This document shows, in pieces, positions 39,612 through 50,612 of a stretch of 64,000 nucleotides of DNA. Both the position numbers and the translations under genes were made by a program. Origin of the DNA: an uncultured Chloroflexia bacterium (lineage in GTDB: Bacteria > Chloroflexota > Anaerolineae > Anaerolineales > E44-bin32); the NCBI GenBank assembly GCA_963727915.1, contig CAVSID010000001.1:665927-729926 (forward strand). The letters run 5' to 3'. Position 1 is the first letter of the stretch. Every line of letters starts with the position of its first letter. The notes under the pieces were generated by a model that ran no database searches, was not told the origin of the DNA, and saw nothing but the letters and a program-made list of their open reading frames with translations.

Positions 39612-40355
39612 ATGAACCGGCAGAGGATTGATATGAACTCATCTTTTGGCTCGAGCTTGCCCACACCCATGAGCGCCATGGCTCTCCAGGAAGCCGTGGC
39701 CAATATCATGCGCCAGGTGTACTTGTGGATAGCGTCCGGGCTGTTTGTGACGGCCGGCGTGGCGTGGGTCGTCGGGAGCTCATCGATCCTTCTCGTGTTC
39801 GCTCAGCTACCGATCCTCTTCTACGCTGTACTCATCGGCGAGTTCATTCTGGTCATTGCCCTCACGGCCGGCATCAACCGGCTGTCGCCTACGGCCGGGT
39901 TGGTACTCTTCTTCGCCTACGCCGGCCTGAACGGCGTCACCATGGCCCTCATCTTTTTGCTCTACACGGCCAGCAGCATTGCCTCTACCTTCGCCGTGAC
40001 AGCCGGTCTGTTTGCGATTATGAGCATCTTGGCCTACTCGACCGGTCTGGATCTCACGCGCTTCCGCAGCCTGTTCCTGATGGGGCTGGTGGGACTGGTC
40101 CTGGGCTCGGTGGTCAATATCTTCTTCGCCAACAGCATTCTGTACTGGGTCCTGACCTACGCCGGGATCGCGCTCTTCCTTGGCCTGACCGCCTACGACA
40201 CACAGCGGATCCGCCGCCAGGCGGAGGCCGCCATCGTGAGCGGCGAGCAGGCTGCACTTCAGAAGCTTGGCATCATGGGCGCCCTCAGCCTTTACCTCGA
40301 CTTCGTCAACCTGTTCCTGCTGCTCTTGCGCGTCCTCGGGAGACGAAGTCGCTAA
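39612..40355 (+). CDS. Bax inhibitor-1/YccA family membrane protein
   Basis: Intact 247 aa, 7 TM. Characteristic MGALSLYLDFVNLFLLLLRVLG C-terminus. Confidence 0.85.
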   Translation: MNRQRIDMNSSFGSSLPTPMSAMALQEAVANIMRQVYLWIASGLFVTAGVAWVVGSSSILLVFAQLPILFYAVLIGEFILVIALTAGINRLSPTAGLVLFFAYAGLNGVTMALIFLLYTASSIASTFAVTAGLFAIMSILAYSTGLDLTRFRSLFLMGLVGLVLGSVVNIFFANSILYWVLTYAGIALFLGLTAYDTQRIRRQAEAAIVSGEQAALQKLGIMGALSLYLDFVNLFLLLLRVLGRRSR

Positions 40356-40401
40356 GCACTCGCTCGCCTGCATCGGATCTATAAAGTCGGGAGCGCGAGA
40401 T

Positions 40402-40431
40402 TTGACGCTCTTGCGTAACTCATGGTATGAT
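40402..40431 (+). promoter_or_regulatory. Promoter TTGACG-18-TATGAT with TGn extension, for infC-rpmI-rplT
   Basis: TTGACG 40402-40407, TGg 40423-40425, TATGAT 40426-40431. Confidence 0.5.
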
Positions 40432-40496
40432 CGCACCATCAGCCGGCCGCTCGCACGTTCGGGGCGGCCTGCATGCACTGTCGGAAGGAGTAGAAC

Positions 40497-41012
40497 ATAA
40501 GCGCATCAGAATTCCGCATCAATGACGGCATCCGCGTTCGAGAAGTACGCCTGGTCGACGCGGACGGCGAAAACGTTGGCGTCGTGCCGATAGAGGATGC
40601 CCTCAGCCGTGCACAGCAGGCAGGGCTCGACCTGGTAGAGGTAGCCCCCAACAGTGATCCGCCGGTATGCCGGATTCTCGACTACGGTAAGTTTATGTAC
40701 GAACGCGCCAAGAAGGAGCGAGAGGCGCGCAAGTCCCAGACCAAAGTTGAGATCAAGGAAATTCGCTTTCGCCCCAAGACCTCCGACCATCACAAATCCT
40801 TCAAGGTCAAGAACGCCAGAAGGTGGCTGGGTGAAGGCAAGAAGGTGCGTGTACGTATTCGATTCCGGGGTCGTGAGCTCGATTATCCCGAAATCGCCTT
40901 GAACGACTTGAAGAGCATCGCCGAGGAGCTCTCCGATGTCAGCATCATCGAGCAGGCGCCAAGTATGGAAGGGCGCACGATGCTGATGGTCCTGGCGCCT
41001 GAAGCCAACTGA
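40497..41012 (+). CDS. infC: Translation initiation factor IF-3 with a non-canonical ATA start
   Basis: GGAAGGAG then 6 nt then ATA. ISASEFRINDGIRVREVRLVDADGENVGVVPIEDALSRAQQAGLDLVEVAPNSDPPVCRILDYGKF... The track only shows the part from an internal M (40584). Confidence 0.9.
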   Translation: MSASEFRINDGIRVREVRLVDADGENVGVVPIEDALSRAQQAGLDLVEVAPNSDPPVCRILDYGKFMYERAKKEREARKSQTKVEIKEIRFRPKTSDHHKSFKVKNARRWLGEGKKVRVRIRFRGRELDYPEIALNDLKSIAEELSDVSIIEQAPSMEGRTMLMVLAPEAN

Positions 41013-41096
41013 ATCTCGGTCACTCTCTGTTACAATTCGATGCTGTCCGCCGCGGACCCAACATTGTCCGCGGCGCTGTATGAAAGGGAGCCATCC

Positions 41097-41369
41097 ATGC
41101 CCAGGAAAAAGACCAAACAGGGCAAGTACAAGCTCAAGACCCACAAGGCCACGTCGAAGCGCTTCCGCATGACCGGGTCGGGCAAGTTGGTGCGAACCAA
41201 AGGCGGCCAGAGTCACCTGCGCCGGCGCACCCCCAAGCGGAGCAAGCGTATGTTCGCCAAGATGCTGCCGGTTAAGGCATCCAAGATCCGCAAGCGCGTC
41301 CGCCGCTTGGCCCCCTATTTGAGCAAGTACCGCGCCAATCCCAACGCCCGGACGGGTCAGTCCTCCTGA
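41097..41369 (+). CDS. rpmI: 50S ribosomal protein L35 (long form, 90 aa)
   Basis: KLKTHKATSKRFRMTGSGKLVRTKGGQSHLRRR. Confidence 0.85.
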   Translation: MPRKKTKQGKYKLKTHKATSKRFRMTGSGKLVRTKGGQSHLRRRTPKRSKRMFAKMLPVKASKIRKRVRRLAPYLSKYRANPNARTGQSS

Positions 41370-41456
41370 CCCCGGGGCTGTAGCGTGGCTGTTGTGCGCA
41401 GGCAACTGGCGTCGATAGTGGGCGCCGGCGCTCAGCGGGCCACAGGAGAGTAGAAC

Positions 41457-41804
41457 GTGCCAAGGACCAAGGGCGGTGTTGTCACCCGCCGTCGCCACAA
41501 GAAGATCCTCAAGGGAAACAAAGGCTACTACGGCAGTCGAAGCAAGCTCTTTCGCCGGGCCAACGAGGCCATGCTCAAGAGCCTCTGGTACGCGTACCGC
41601 GATCGCCGCACGCGCAGGCGCGATCTGCGCAGGCTGTGGATCGCTCGCATCAACGCCGCCGCCCGCATCAACGGAACGACCTACAGCCGGCTGATCCATG
41701 GCATGCGCCAGAAGAACGTACAGCTCAACCGGAAAGTGCTGGCCGAACTGGCTGTTCGTGATCCCGGGGCCTTCAAAGCCGTCGTCGAGTCTGTCGCCGG
41801 CTAG
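41457..41804 (+). CDS. rplT: 50S ribosomal protein L20
   Basis: GTG start. [38 protein letters not shown]...[13 protein letters not shown]. Confidence 0.95.
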   Translation: MPRTKGGVVTRRRHKKILKGNKGYYGSRSKLFRRANEAMLKSLWYAYRDRRTRRRDLRRLWIARINAAARINGTTYSRLIHGMRQKNVQLNRKVLAELAVRDPGAFKAVVESVAG

Positions 41805-41826
41805 TACGAGCGCTGATCAACCCTAA

Positions 41827-41854
41827 GGGACGCCGATGGCGTCCCTTTTGTTTT
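41827..41854 (+). terminator. Rho-independent terminator after rplT
   Basis: GGGACGCC-gat-GGCGTCCC followed by TTTTGTTTT. Confidence 0.75.
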
Positions 41855-41926
41855 GCGGCCCGTATGCGGGGGCGATGATACAATCGGGCCGGATACTCTA
41901 CATTCACCCTGGAGCCGTCCCCTCCC

Positions 41927-42508
41927 ATGTCGGAACTGATCGCCCAGGCCCATCCTGCCACCGGTGTGAGCCTGAGTCTGATTCACGGTGATCTCACCCT
42001 GGAAATGGTCGACGCCGTCGTCAACGCGGCCAATGCCCAGCTGGCCCACGGCGGCGGAGTGGCAGCCGCTATTGTCCGTCGCGGCGGCTCCAGCATCCAG
42101 GCTGAGAGCCGAAGCTGGGTCGCGGAACATGGACCCGCCTCCCACGAGTGTCCGGCGCTGACCGGCGGAGGTGATCTGGCTGCGCACCACGTCATCCATG
42201 CCGTCGGCCCTCGATGGGGAGAGGGCCAAGAGGAGCACAAGCTTCACTCGGCAGTCTCATCGAGCCTGGCCCTGGCCGACATGACAAGCCTCGCCAGCAT
42301 TGCCATGCCGGCGATCTCCACCGGCATTTTCGGTGTCCCCAAGGCTCTCGGCGCGAAAGTCATTCTCGGCGCCATCGCAGCCTACTTCGAAGAGCATGCC
42401 GACAGCGGCATCAAGGACGTGCGCGTCGTGCTCATCGACCGCGAGAGCGTTGACATCTTCGCGGCGGCCTTCAGGGAACGCTGGCCGACTGTGGAAACCC
42501 ACTCATGA
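41927..42508 (+). CDS. Macro domain protein (ADP-ribose/O-acetyl-ADP-ribose processing)
   Basis: Intact. GDLTLEMVDAVVNAANAQLAHGGGVAAAI, VIHAVGPRW, SIAMPAISTGIFG. Confidence 0.85.
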   Translation: MSELIAQAHPATGVSLSLIHGDLTLEMVDAVVNAANAQLAHGGGVAAAIVRRGGSSIQAESRSWVAEHGPASHECPALTGGGDLAAHHVIHAVGPRWGEGQEEHKLHSAVSSSLALADMTSLASIAMPAISTGIFGVPKALGAKVILGAIAAYFEEHADSGIKDVRVVLIDRESVDIFAAAFRERWPTVETHS

Positions 42509-43278
42509 TCAGTTCCCCGACCAACACGCGCGTCAAGTGGGTGCGGGCCCTTCAAGCCAAGCGCAAGGCGCGTGACGAGGAGGGGGTCTTTATCGTCGAG
42601 GGCACCCGCTGGGCGGAAGAGGTGCTGGCGGCCGAGTCTCCCGTCACCCTAGTCCTTCACACACCCCACCTGGATGAACGCGGCCGAGGGATGGTCAATC
42701 GATTGGCGCGTCTGGGCGGCGAGATCTTGTCCGTCAGCGATGACGTGATGGCGGCCTGCTCGGACACGCAAGCTCCCCAGGGATTGCTGTTGGTGCTCCC
42801 CAAACCCGAGATCTCCCTGCCGGCCTCCCCGACCTTGCTCCTCGTCTTGGATCGTATGTCTGATCCCGGCAATCTCGGGACCATTTTGCGGACGGCGCTG
42901 GCTGCCGGTGTCGAAGCTGTGGGCCTCACCCCCGGCAGCGTCGACCCTTTCAACCCAAAGGTAGTGCGGGCCGCCATGGGCGCGCTGCTGCACCTTCCGA
43001 TCACGATCGTTGAGCCGGGCGACGTCCATTCGTGGGCCGGCCGGACCCGGCTCTGGCGGACCCAGGCCGGTGCGGGCACGCCCTACGATCAGGTAGACTG
43101 GCGAGAAGCGGCCACTTTGCTGGTCGGAGGAGAGGCCCACGGTGTGACACCCGAGCTGGGCCAGGCGGTGCCGGAGGCGACTCATATTCCAATGCGGGGC
43201 GCCAGCGATTCGTTGAACGCCGCCATTGCCACAGCCGTGTTCCTGTTCGAAATCAGGCGCCAAAGAGGCCATCCATGA
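42505..43278 (+). CDS. TrmH/SpoU-family RNA 2'-O-methyltransferase
   Basis: Intact. DPGNLGTILRTALAAG, LVGGEAHGV, IPMRGASDSLNAAIATAVFLFE. ATGA overlaps on both sides. Confidence 0.85.
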   Translation: MISSPTNTRVKWVRALQAKRKARDEEGVFIVEGTRWAEEVLAAESPVTLVLHTPHLDERGRGMVNRLARLGGEILSVSDDVMAACSDTQAPQGLLLVLPKPEISLPASPTLLLVLDRMSDPGNLGTILRTALAAGVEAVGLTPGSVDPFNPKVVRAAMGALLHLPITIVEPGDVHSWAGRTRLWRTQAGAGTPYDQVDWREAATLLVGGEAHGVTPELGQAVPEATHIPMRGASDSLNAAIATAVFLFEIRRQRGHP

Positions 43279-44496
43279 TCGTTCGATCTCTCACCGGTTT
43301 TGTCGACCCTGGCTGGCCCGTCGAGCCCGAGCGCCTTGACGGCCTGGCCAAGAGCCTCAGACCAGGCTCGTGACGCATTGCAGGCAGCCAACTACGAGGT
43401 CCAAACTCTGCGATTGGCGACGCCACCCCCGTCGGAGATGGGCCGGGCCGTACCCCATCAGGAGCGGGCCGAGTTTGCCCAGCGGCTGGAGGCCGAGGCG
43501 TTCGTGCACGGCATCGATTACGTCGCCGTCGGACCTGTGCTCCCCGATGAACCCCGGGGCTTCGCCGTGGTGCCCGACATGCTTTCGGCGACCGAGACGG
43601 TGTTTACGTCGGCGATCATCGCTGACCCCGAAACAGGATTGTCGGTGGCAGCGGCCCGGGCATCGGCTGACATCATCTCCCGCCTCTCCGGCACAACCGA
43701 GGATGGCTTCACCAATCTGCGTTTTGCCGCCCTAGCCAACGTCGGTGCCGGATCGCCGTTTTTCCCTGCCGCCTACCACCGTCCCGGACCGCCCGCCTTC
43801 GCCGTCGCCACCGAGGGCGCCGATCTGGCCATCGACGCCTTCCGCGATGTCTCCAGTCTGGCCCGCGGCCGGCGCCGGTTGGTAAGCATGATCGAAGCCC
43901 ATGCCGCCGCCATCCAACGTCTTCTAACCCCGATCTCCCTCCAGAACGAGCTCCGCTTCTTAGGGATCGATTTCTCCCTGGCTCCCTACCCCGACCATCT
44001 GCGCTCCATCGGCACAGCCCTCGAGTCGCTGGGCCTGCCCGCCATCGGTTTGCCGGGGTCGGCAGCCGCCGTCGCCTACCTGGCCGATTGTCTGGACCGA
44101 GCGGAGTTCACCCGCACCGGCTTTTGCGGGCTGATGCTCCCGGTGCTCGAGGACTCAACGCTTGCCAGCCGTGCCGCCGCCAAGCAGCTTTCTGTGACGG
44201 ATCTGCTGCTCTTCTCAACGCTGTGCGGCACAGGGCTGGACACGATCCCTCTCCCCGGCAACGCATCGACCGAAGCCTTAACGGCTGTGCTGCTCGACCT
44301 GGGGGCGATCTCCCTCCGGCACAACAAGCCATTGACCGCCCGGCTGATGCCCATCCCTGGCAAATCGGCCGGGGATGAGGTGCACTTCGAGTTCCCCTAC
44401 TTCGCCGATTCACGCGTGATAGAGCTCGTCGCCGAGCCGCTCACCGGCCTGCTCAGCGGCTCCGGTATCCTCGACATCGAACCTCGCCGCGCCTAA
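43275..44496 (+). CDS. DUF711/UPF0210 family protein (one apparent frameshift near 43340)
   Basis: MIVRSLTGFV start plus ORF 43300-44496 (FTNLRFAALANVGAGSPFFPAAYH...FCGLMLPVLEDS...LCGTGLDTIPLPG). Confidence 0.7.
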
Positions 44497-44607
44497 GTCG
44501 ACGGGACCATCTTGTCGCTTCCAGCCGGGCCACTTAGAATGCTCGCTGGCGGCTGCCATGCATCAGCCGCCGAGTTTGGCCGCCTTCGCTAGAACAGCCA
44601 GGTTGTA

Positions 44608-46777
44608 ATGCTCGCTCACCTCAACCAAAAGCAAGAGCAAGCCGTCACCGCCCCTGAGGGCCCCACGCTTGTCCTGGCAGGCCCGGGGTCGGGCAAGACG
44701 CGCGTGCTTACCCACCGCATCGCCTACCTGGCGGCGGAGCGGGGCGCCGATCTGCCTTCGATCATGGCCGTCACCTTCACCAACAAGGCGGCGCGAGAGA
44801 TGCAGTCCCGGGTGCGCGATTTGCTCGCGCCGCAGCTTCCTGGGGCGACCAGGGGACTGGATCTGGGAACCTTCCATGCCCTGGCAGCGCGCATGCTTCG
44901 TCGGCACGCTGACCATCTGCCCGTGAGCCGCGACTTCGTCATCTTCGATGATTCAGACCAGATGAGCCTGGTCCGCGATTGCCTCAAGGAACTGAACTTC
45001 GACCCCAAACAGGTGCAGCCCGGGCGCATCCTGGGGGCGATTTCTTCGGCCAAGAGTGAGTTGATCGATTGGCAGCACTTCTCTGCCAGCACTTACTTCG
45101 CCGAGATTGTCCACCGCGTCTACGAACGCTATCAAACAAGCCTTCAATTGAACAACGGCGTCGATTTCGATGACCTGCTAATGTACGCTGTCCAACTGCT
45201 ACAGGCGCACGACGATGTGCGCGCCCAATACCACCGTCGCTACGGCCACATACTGGTGGATGAGTTTCAGGACACCAACACGGCGCAGTACGCTATGCTC
45301 CGGCTTCTCACCCCGCCTTCGAAGGATGTGTTCGTGGTCGGCGATGCCGATCAATCGATTTACCGCTGGCGCGGAGCGGACTACCGAAACGTTCAGCGTT
45401 TCCAGCAGGATTATCCCGAGGCGCAGGTCATCCTCCTCGAGCAAAACTACCGCTCAACCCAGACCATTCTCGACGCTGCCATGTCGATTATCGACCGTCT
45501 GCCCAACCGCCATGTCAAGAAGTTGTTCACCGATCGAGGGGCGGGCACATCGATCGAGCTGCACGAAGCCTACGATGAGTCGGATGAGGCGAATTTCGTC
45601 ATCGACACCATTGCCATTCTGAACTCATGCGGGTGAGACCGAACCCGGCGAGTGTGCTGTGATGTACCGCACCAACGCCCAGTCGCGGGCCGTGGAAGAA
45701 GCCTTCTTGCGCGCCGGTCTCCCCTACCGGCTTGTGGGCGCCCAGCGCTTCTACGGCCGGCGCGAGGTCAGGGACATCGTCGCCTACCTGCGCCTCGTGC
45801 ACAACCCGGACGATCGCATCAGCCTGCTCAGGGTGCTCAACACCCCTTCCCGCGGCATCGGCGCCAAGACGGTTCAGTCGCTTATCCGGGCCGCCGATTC
45901 TGCCGGCGTGTCCCCGGGGAAGGTGCTGCTAGGTCTCGGCCTCGGCGACGCTTCCCCATACGATAACCTTCTGGACAGCCGATCGGCGTCTACCCTTGCC
46001 GGTTTCGGACGGTTGTTCCCCGGGTGGCTCAGGGCACGCGACGTGCTCTCGGTGTCGGACCTCATCGACCGCATCATCAACGACGTCGGCTATCGAGAGT
46101 ACATCGACGACGGCAGCGAGGAAGGTACGGAGCGCTGGGACAATGTCGCTGAACTGCGCAGAGTGGCCGAAGAGTTCCAGAACATCGACCTGGGGGCCTT
46201 CCTGGAACAGATCGCCCTGGTCTCAGATCAGGACACACTTACCGACGACATCAACGCCCCCATCCTGCTGACACTCCACGCCGCCAAGGGTCTTGAGTTT
46301 CAGATGGTGTTTATCATCGGCCTGGATGACGGGATGATCCCGCATCAGCGGTCATTCGACGATCCGGAAGCCATGGCTGAGGAGAGAAGGCTGTTCTATG
46401 TCGGCATCACTCGGGCCAAGGATCGCCTCTATCTGGCTCGGTCCTTCCGCCGAAGGATCTATGGCGCCTCGGCAATGAGCGAGCCGTCTCGCTTCCTCTC
46501 CGACTTGCCAGCCGATATCATGTCCGGTGACTGGCTTGGTGGCCAGACCGTTGAGCAGGCGAGCTACGCCCGCCAAACGCGCTGGGAGGCGCCTTCGCCG
46601 CCACGGCAGGCCAGGTATCAGGCAGGAATGCGGGTCATCCACCCCACTTTTGGCGAAGGCATTGTGATGGAGTCGAAGATCGATGGGGACGACGAGGAGG
46701 TCGTGGTGGCCTTCGAGTCCGGTGATGTGAAGCACCTGCTTGCATCGCTGGCCAATCTTGAGGCAGCCTCGGATTAG
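44608..46777 (+). CDS. pcrA: ATP-dependent DNA helicase PcrA/UvrD (one apparent frameshift near 45640)
   Basis: LNQKQEQAV, AGPGSGKTRVLTHRIAYL, VTFTNKAAREM, ILVDEFQDTN, VGDADQSIYRWRGA, LEQNYRST, MYRTNAQSR, LHAAKGLEF, RLFYVGITRAK. Confidence 0.9.
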
Positions 46778-46820
46778 GCGCCGGGAACGTGGTTCCCGCC
46801 GCCCAGGAGAGACAGACGGG

Positions 46821-47813
46821 ATGAGAATATTCGTGACCGGTGGCGCCGGCTATATCGGTTCGGCAGCCACCAAGCGACTTCTGGATGCGGGGCATGAGGT
46901 TACCGTGTTTGACTCCCTGGTGACCGGCCATCGCGCAGCGGTCCCACAGGCCGCGACCTTCATCCAGGCCGACTTGGCCGACAGCGCTAAGCTCAAGGCG
47001 GCTCTCGGAAACCGCGCCTTCGATGCCGTGCTTCACTTCGCTGCCTTCATCGAGGCCGGCGAAAGCATGCTGAAGCCGGGAAAATACTTCCAGAACAACC
47101 TCGTCCGATCACTGGCCCTGATTGATGCCTGCGTCCAGGCAGGCGTGGGGCGCTTCGTGCTCTCGTCGACGGCGGCGGTCTACGCCTCGAGCGACCAACC
47201 GCTTTCGGAAGCCTCCCCTTTGGCGCCGGCCAACGTCTACGGGCAGACCAAGCTGATGATCGAACAGGCGCTGGCGTGGTATCGCCAGGTGCATGGCCTG
47301 CACTACGCTGCTCTGCGCTATTTCAACGCAGCCGGCGCCCTGCCGGACCGAGGGGAGGCCCATCGGCCCGAAACCCATCTGATCCCGCTCGTCCTGCAGG
47401 TGGCGCTTGGGAAGCGGGACCGTATCAAGATCTATGGCACCGATTACCCGACTCCGGACGGAACGTGTATCCGCGACTACATCCATCTTGCCGACCTGGT
47501 TGGGGCCCATATGCTGGCGCTCGACGCGCTCGAGGCGCGCGACCGGTTGGTGTACAACCTGGGGAATGGCACCGGCTATTCGGTGCGGGAGGTCCTGGAA
47601 GCGGCCCGCAACGTTACCGGTGAACCCATCCGTGCCGAAGATGCCGACCGACGGCCCGGGGATCCCCCGCGGCTTGTGGCTTCGGCTGACAAAATCGCCA
47701 ACGAGTTGGGGTGGTCGCCGGAATACCCTCAGTTGGAGCAGATCATTGACAGCGCCTGGCGCTGGCACCGCACGCATCCGGAAGGCTATGCCGACCACGC
47801 GGAAGATCTCTAA
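46821..47813 (+). CDS. galE: UDP-glucose 4-epimerase
   Basis: Intact. MRIFVTGGAGYIGS, YGQTKLMIE (YxxxK), LRYFNAAG, DYIHLADL. Confidence 0.9.
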   Translation: MRIFVTGGAGYIGSAATKRLLDAGHEVTVFDSLVTGHRAAVPQAATFIQADLADSAKLKAALGNRAFDAVLHFAAFIEAGESMLKPGKYFQNNLVRSLALIDACVQAGVGRFVLSSTAAVYASSDQPLSEASPLAPANVYGQTKLMIEQALAWYRQVHGLHYAALRYFNAAGALPDRGEAHRPETHLIPLVLQVALGKRDRIKIYGTDYPTPDGTCIRDYIHLADLVGAHMLALDALEARDRLVYNLGNGTGYSVREVLEAARNVTGEPIRAEDADRRPGDPPRLVASADKIANELGWSPEYPQLEQIIDSAWRWHRTHPEGYADHAEDL

Positions 47814-47836
47814 CCGCTCGGTGATCTCAACCCCCA

Positions 47837-47845
47837 TGCTATAAT
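47837..47845 (+). promoter_or_regulatory. Extended -10 promoter TGcTATAAT for icd
   Basis: CCATGCTATAATCCG, ~70 nt upstream of the icd start. Confidence 0.45.
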
Positions 47846-47916
47846 CCGCCCGGCTTGGCCCGGCGCAATAAGCATCGCCGGGGAGCCCCTCGCCTCACCG
47901 ATACAGCCAATCTGGA

Positions 47917-49227
47917 GTGCGCACCATGCCTATTTCGCAGCCCGAAACCCCCTCCGACGGTCACAGGATTGACGTCAAAGACGGGGCGCTCAACGTTCCC
48001 AATCGCCCCATCCTTCCCTTCATCGAGGGCGACGGTATCGGGCCTGACATCTGGGCAGCGGCGGTGCGGGTCTTTAATGCGGCTGTCGCCCAAGCCTACG
48101 GCGACAGCCGCAGCGTCGCATGGATGGAGGTGCTCGCCGGGCAGAAGGCGTTTGAAGAGACCGGAGAATGGCTGCCCGGATCCACGGTTCGGGCATTCCG
48201 CGACTTTTGCGTCGGGATCAAGGGCCCGCTGACCACGCCGATCGGCGGTGGCATCAGCTCCTTGAACGTCGCCCTGCGCAAAGCGCTCGACCTGTATGTG
48301 TGCCTGCGACCCGTGCGCTACTACGCCGGAACGCCCACCCCGGTCAAGCACCCGGAGAAGGTCGATATGGTCATCTTCCGGGAGAACACAGAAGATATTT
48401 ACGCCGGGGTGGAGTTCGAATTGGGAAGCGAAGCCAACCGCCAGTTTATGGCCTGGCTCTCCGACACCAACCCCGACGAGTACGCCAAGATCCGCTTCCC
48501 GCAAAGCTCGGGGATCGGCATCAAACCGATCTCTCGCGAGGGCAGCCAGCGATTGGTGCGGGCCGCCATCCGTTATGCGCTTGATCATAAGCGCCGTTCG
48601 GTCACGCTGGTGCACAAAGGCAACATCATGAAGTACACCGAGGGGGCCTTCCGCAATTGGGGCTATGAGCTGGCCGAACGGGAATTCAGCGGCAGTGTCT
48701 ACACGTGGGATCAATGGAATCGGACCAAGAAGGCCGCGGGGGAAGCGGCCGCCAACCAGGAACAAGACGAAGCCCTACAGGCGGGCAAGCTTTTGATCAA
48801 GGATGCCATCGCCGATATCGCCTTTCAACAAACGATCACCCGCGCCGACGAGTTCGACGTCATCGCCACGATGAACCTCAACGGGGATTACCTATCGGAT
48901 GCCCTGGCGGCACAAGTGGGCGGCATCGGTATCGCCCCCGGCGGGAACATTAACTACGAGACCGGCCACGCGATCTTCGAGGCCACGCACGGAACCGCCC
49001 CCAAGTACGCCGGCCAGGACAAGGTTAATCCGGGCTCAGTCATCTTGAGTGGCGAGTTGATGTTTCGCTACCTGGGATGGGATGAAGCCGCCAACCTGAT
49101 CGTGCGCGGCATCGAGGGCGCCATTCAAAACAAGCGGGTGACCTACGACTTTCACCGCCTGATGGACGGCGCGACGCTCCTTTCTACGTCTGCCTTTGGC
49201 GACGCAGTCATAGAATCCATGGCATGA
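47917..49227 (+). CDS. icd: NADP-dependent isocitrate dehydrogenase
   Basis: Intact 436 aa. [56 protein letters not shown]. Confidence 0.95.
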   Translation: MRTMPISQPETPSDGHRIDVKDGALNVPNRPILPFIEGDGIGPDIWAAAVRVFNAAVAQAYGDSRSVAWMEVLAGQKAFEETGEWLPGSTVRAFRDFCVGIKGPLTTPIGGGISSLNVALRKALDLYVCLRPVRYYAGTPTPVKHPEKVDMVIFRENTEDIYAGVEFELGSEANRQFMAWLSDTNPDEYAKIRFPQSSGIGIKPISREGSQRLVRAAIRYALDHKRRSVTLVHKGNIMKYTEGAFRNWGYELAEREFSGSVYTWDQWNRTKKAAGEAAANQEQDEALQAGKLLIKDAIADIAFQQTITRADEFDVIATMNLNGDYLSDALAAQVGGIGIAPGGNINYETGHAIFEATHGTAPKYAGQDKVNPGSVILSGELMFRYLGWDEAANLIVRGIEGAIQNKRVTYDFHRLMDGATLLSTSAFGDAVIESMA

Positions 49228-49261
49228 GATCCCGGCCCAAGATCGCCGCTATCGCTGCCCA

Positions 49262-49945
49262 ATGACCTCCCTAGGCTCGAGGGCCATGACCGTGCACCGG
49301 CGCCTGCTGCGGGCCTACGGCCAGCCGGTTTGGCGGGTGCGCCTCCCGCCTCTCGACGAGCTAGTGTCGACGATCCTCTCCCAGAACACCAACGACGACA
49401 ACCGCGATCGAGCCTTTGAATCGCTTCGTAGCGCTTTCCCAAGTTGGGAAGCCGTGCGCGACGCCGACCCCAAGGACGTGATCGATGCCATCAAGACTGC
49501 CGGTCTGGCCAATCAAAAGGGGCCTCGCATCCAGGCCGTGCTCCGCCAGATCACCCAAGAACGGGGCGAACTCGACCTGGATTTCCTGAGCGGCAAACCG
49601 CCGGATGAGGTCCACTCGTGGTTGCTTAGCTTCAAGGGCGTTGGGCCCAAGACAGCCGCCATCGTGATGCAGTTCGCTCTGGATATGCCAGCCTTCCCTG
49701 TCGACACCCACATCCACCGGGTCACCCGCCGGCTTGGCCTGTGCCCACAGGACGCATCTGCCGACAAAGCTCACAAGATCCTGGCGGAAATCTTCCCTCC
49801 CGAGACATACTACGCTGCGCATCTCAATCTGATCCGGCACGGTCGCGAGGTGTGCCGGGCCCGCCGGCCGGAATGCGCGGTCTGCGTGCTGACCGATGTG
49901 TGCGACTTCTACGGCAAGAACGTTGCGCCAAGCAACTTGGCTTGA
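49262..49945 (+). CDS. Endonuclease III-family HhH-GPD DNA glycosylase with 4Fe-4S cluster loop
   Basis: Intact. LSQNTND, GVGPKTAAIVMQFAL..PAFPVDTHIHRV, C-x6-C-x2-C-x5-C (CRARRPECAVCVLTDVC). Confidence 0.85.
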   Translation: MTSLGSRAMTVHRRLLRAYGQPVWRVRLPPLDELVSTILSQNTNDDNRDRAFESLRSAFPSWEAVRDADPKDVIDAIKTAGLANQKGPRIQAVLRQITQERGELDLDFLSGKPPDEVHSWLLSFKGVGPKTAAIVMQFALDMPAFPVDTHIHRVTRRLGLCPQDASADKAHKILAEIFPPETYYAAHLNLIRHGREVCRARRPECAVCVLTDVCDFYGKNVAPSNLA

Positions 49946-49973
49946 GGAGAGTCCCAAAACCATCGTGCCCAAC

Positions 49974-50597
49974 ATGACTCCGGGCGACCGCTTCCCCCTC
50001 TTGCTGTATTACTTCGCCGTGAGCCGCTACCGCCGCCCGTCGATGCTCCTGGCCCTGCTCTTGCTTGGTCTGTGGTACCCGGTGAACCTCGACCTGCTTC
50101 CCTGGCCGAGACCGCCCGCCGACGCATGGCTCTTGGCTGGCGGGTTTGTCTCGCTCGCTTTCTGGCTGTTTGCCTTGATCGGCCCTCGTCTGGCCTACGT
50201 CCAGCCGCGGGAGGACCACCTGCGTTTACAGACCCCTATCTATCGCCTCAAGGTCTCCTATCGACGCGTCCTGAACACGCGGGCCGTCGAGTTAGCCAAG
50301 CTTCTCCCCCCGAGTGATTTGTCGAGCGGAAAACGGCGTCTGCTGGCGCCTTTCTATGACCGCACGGCCGTGGGCGTCGATCTGGAGGGCTACCCGCTCC
50401 ATCCGCTGTTGATGCGCCTGTTCCTGCACGACCTGTTCTTTGCGCCCGACCGCACCGGCCTCGTGCTGATCGTGGCTGACTGGATGCGGCTCAGCAACCA
50501 GCTTTCGGATGGGCTGCAGGCGTGGCGGGATTCACGGCGGCATCGCACGGCCCCTTCGGACGCCGCCGCCATCCTTGACGACACTCATCTGGACTGA
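49974..50597 (+). CDS. Hypothetical membrane protein
   Basis: Start chosen at MTPGDRFPLLLYYF. Two or three N-terminal TM helices. No family recognised. Confidence 0.45.
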   Translation: MTPGDRFPLLLYYFAVSRYRRPSMLLALLLLGLWYPVNLDLLPWPRPPADAWLLAGGFVSLAFWLFALIGPRLAYVQPREDHLRLQTPIYRLKVSYRRVLNTRAVELAKLLPPSDLSSGKRRLLAPFYDRTAVGVDLEGYPLHPLLMRLFLHDLFFAPDRTGLVLIVADWMRLSNQLSDGLQAWRDSRRHRTAPSDAAAILDDTHLD

Positions 50598-50612
50598 GCC
50601 ACCCTCCGCGCT

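Noticed and set aside
40506-41699. 397-aa minus-strand ORF.
   Set aside because: It lies antisense to the highly conserved infC-rpmI-rplT genes, so it is a shadow ORF.
44581-44607. Possible LexA box upstream of pcrA (TAGAACAGCCAGGTTGTA).
   Set aside because: The spacing is GAAC-N6-GTTG, not GAAC-N4-GTTC, and the right arm is imperfect.
44538-44616. 10-mer AATGCTCGCT repeated 69 bp apart upstream of and at the pcrA start. The first copy would open an 18-codon uORF.
   Set aside because: The first copy overlaps a TAGAAT -10-like hexamer, so the uORF ATG would lie upstream of the likely TSS. A single 10-mer repeat could be chance.
47839-48765. 308-aa minus-strand ORF. Similar long antisense ORFs occur at 29167-30174, 26001-26813, 50491-51372, 31337-32002 and 35609-36202.
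   Set aside because: All overlap well-supported genes on the opposite strand and have shadow-ORF composition.
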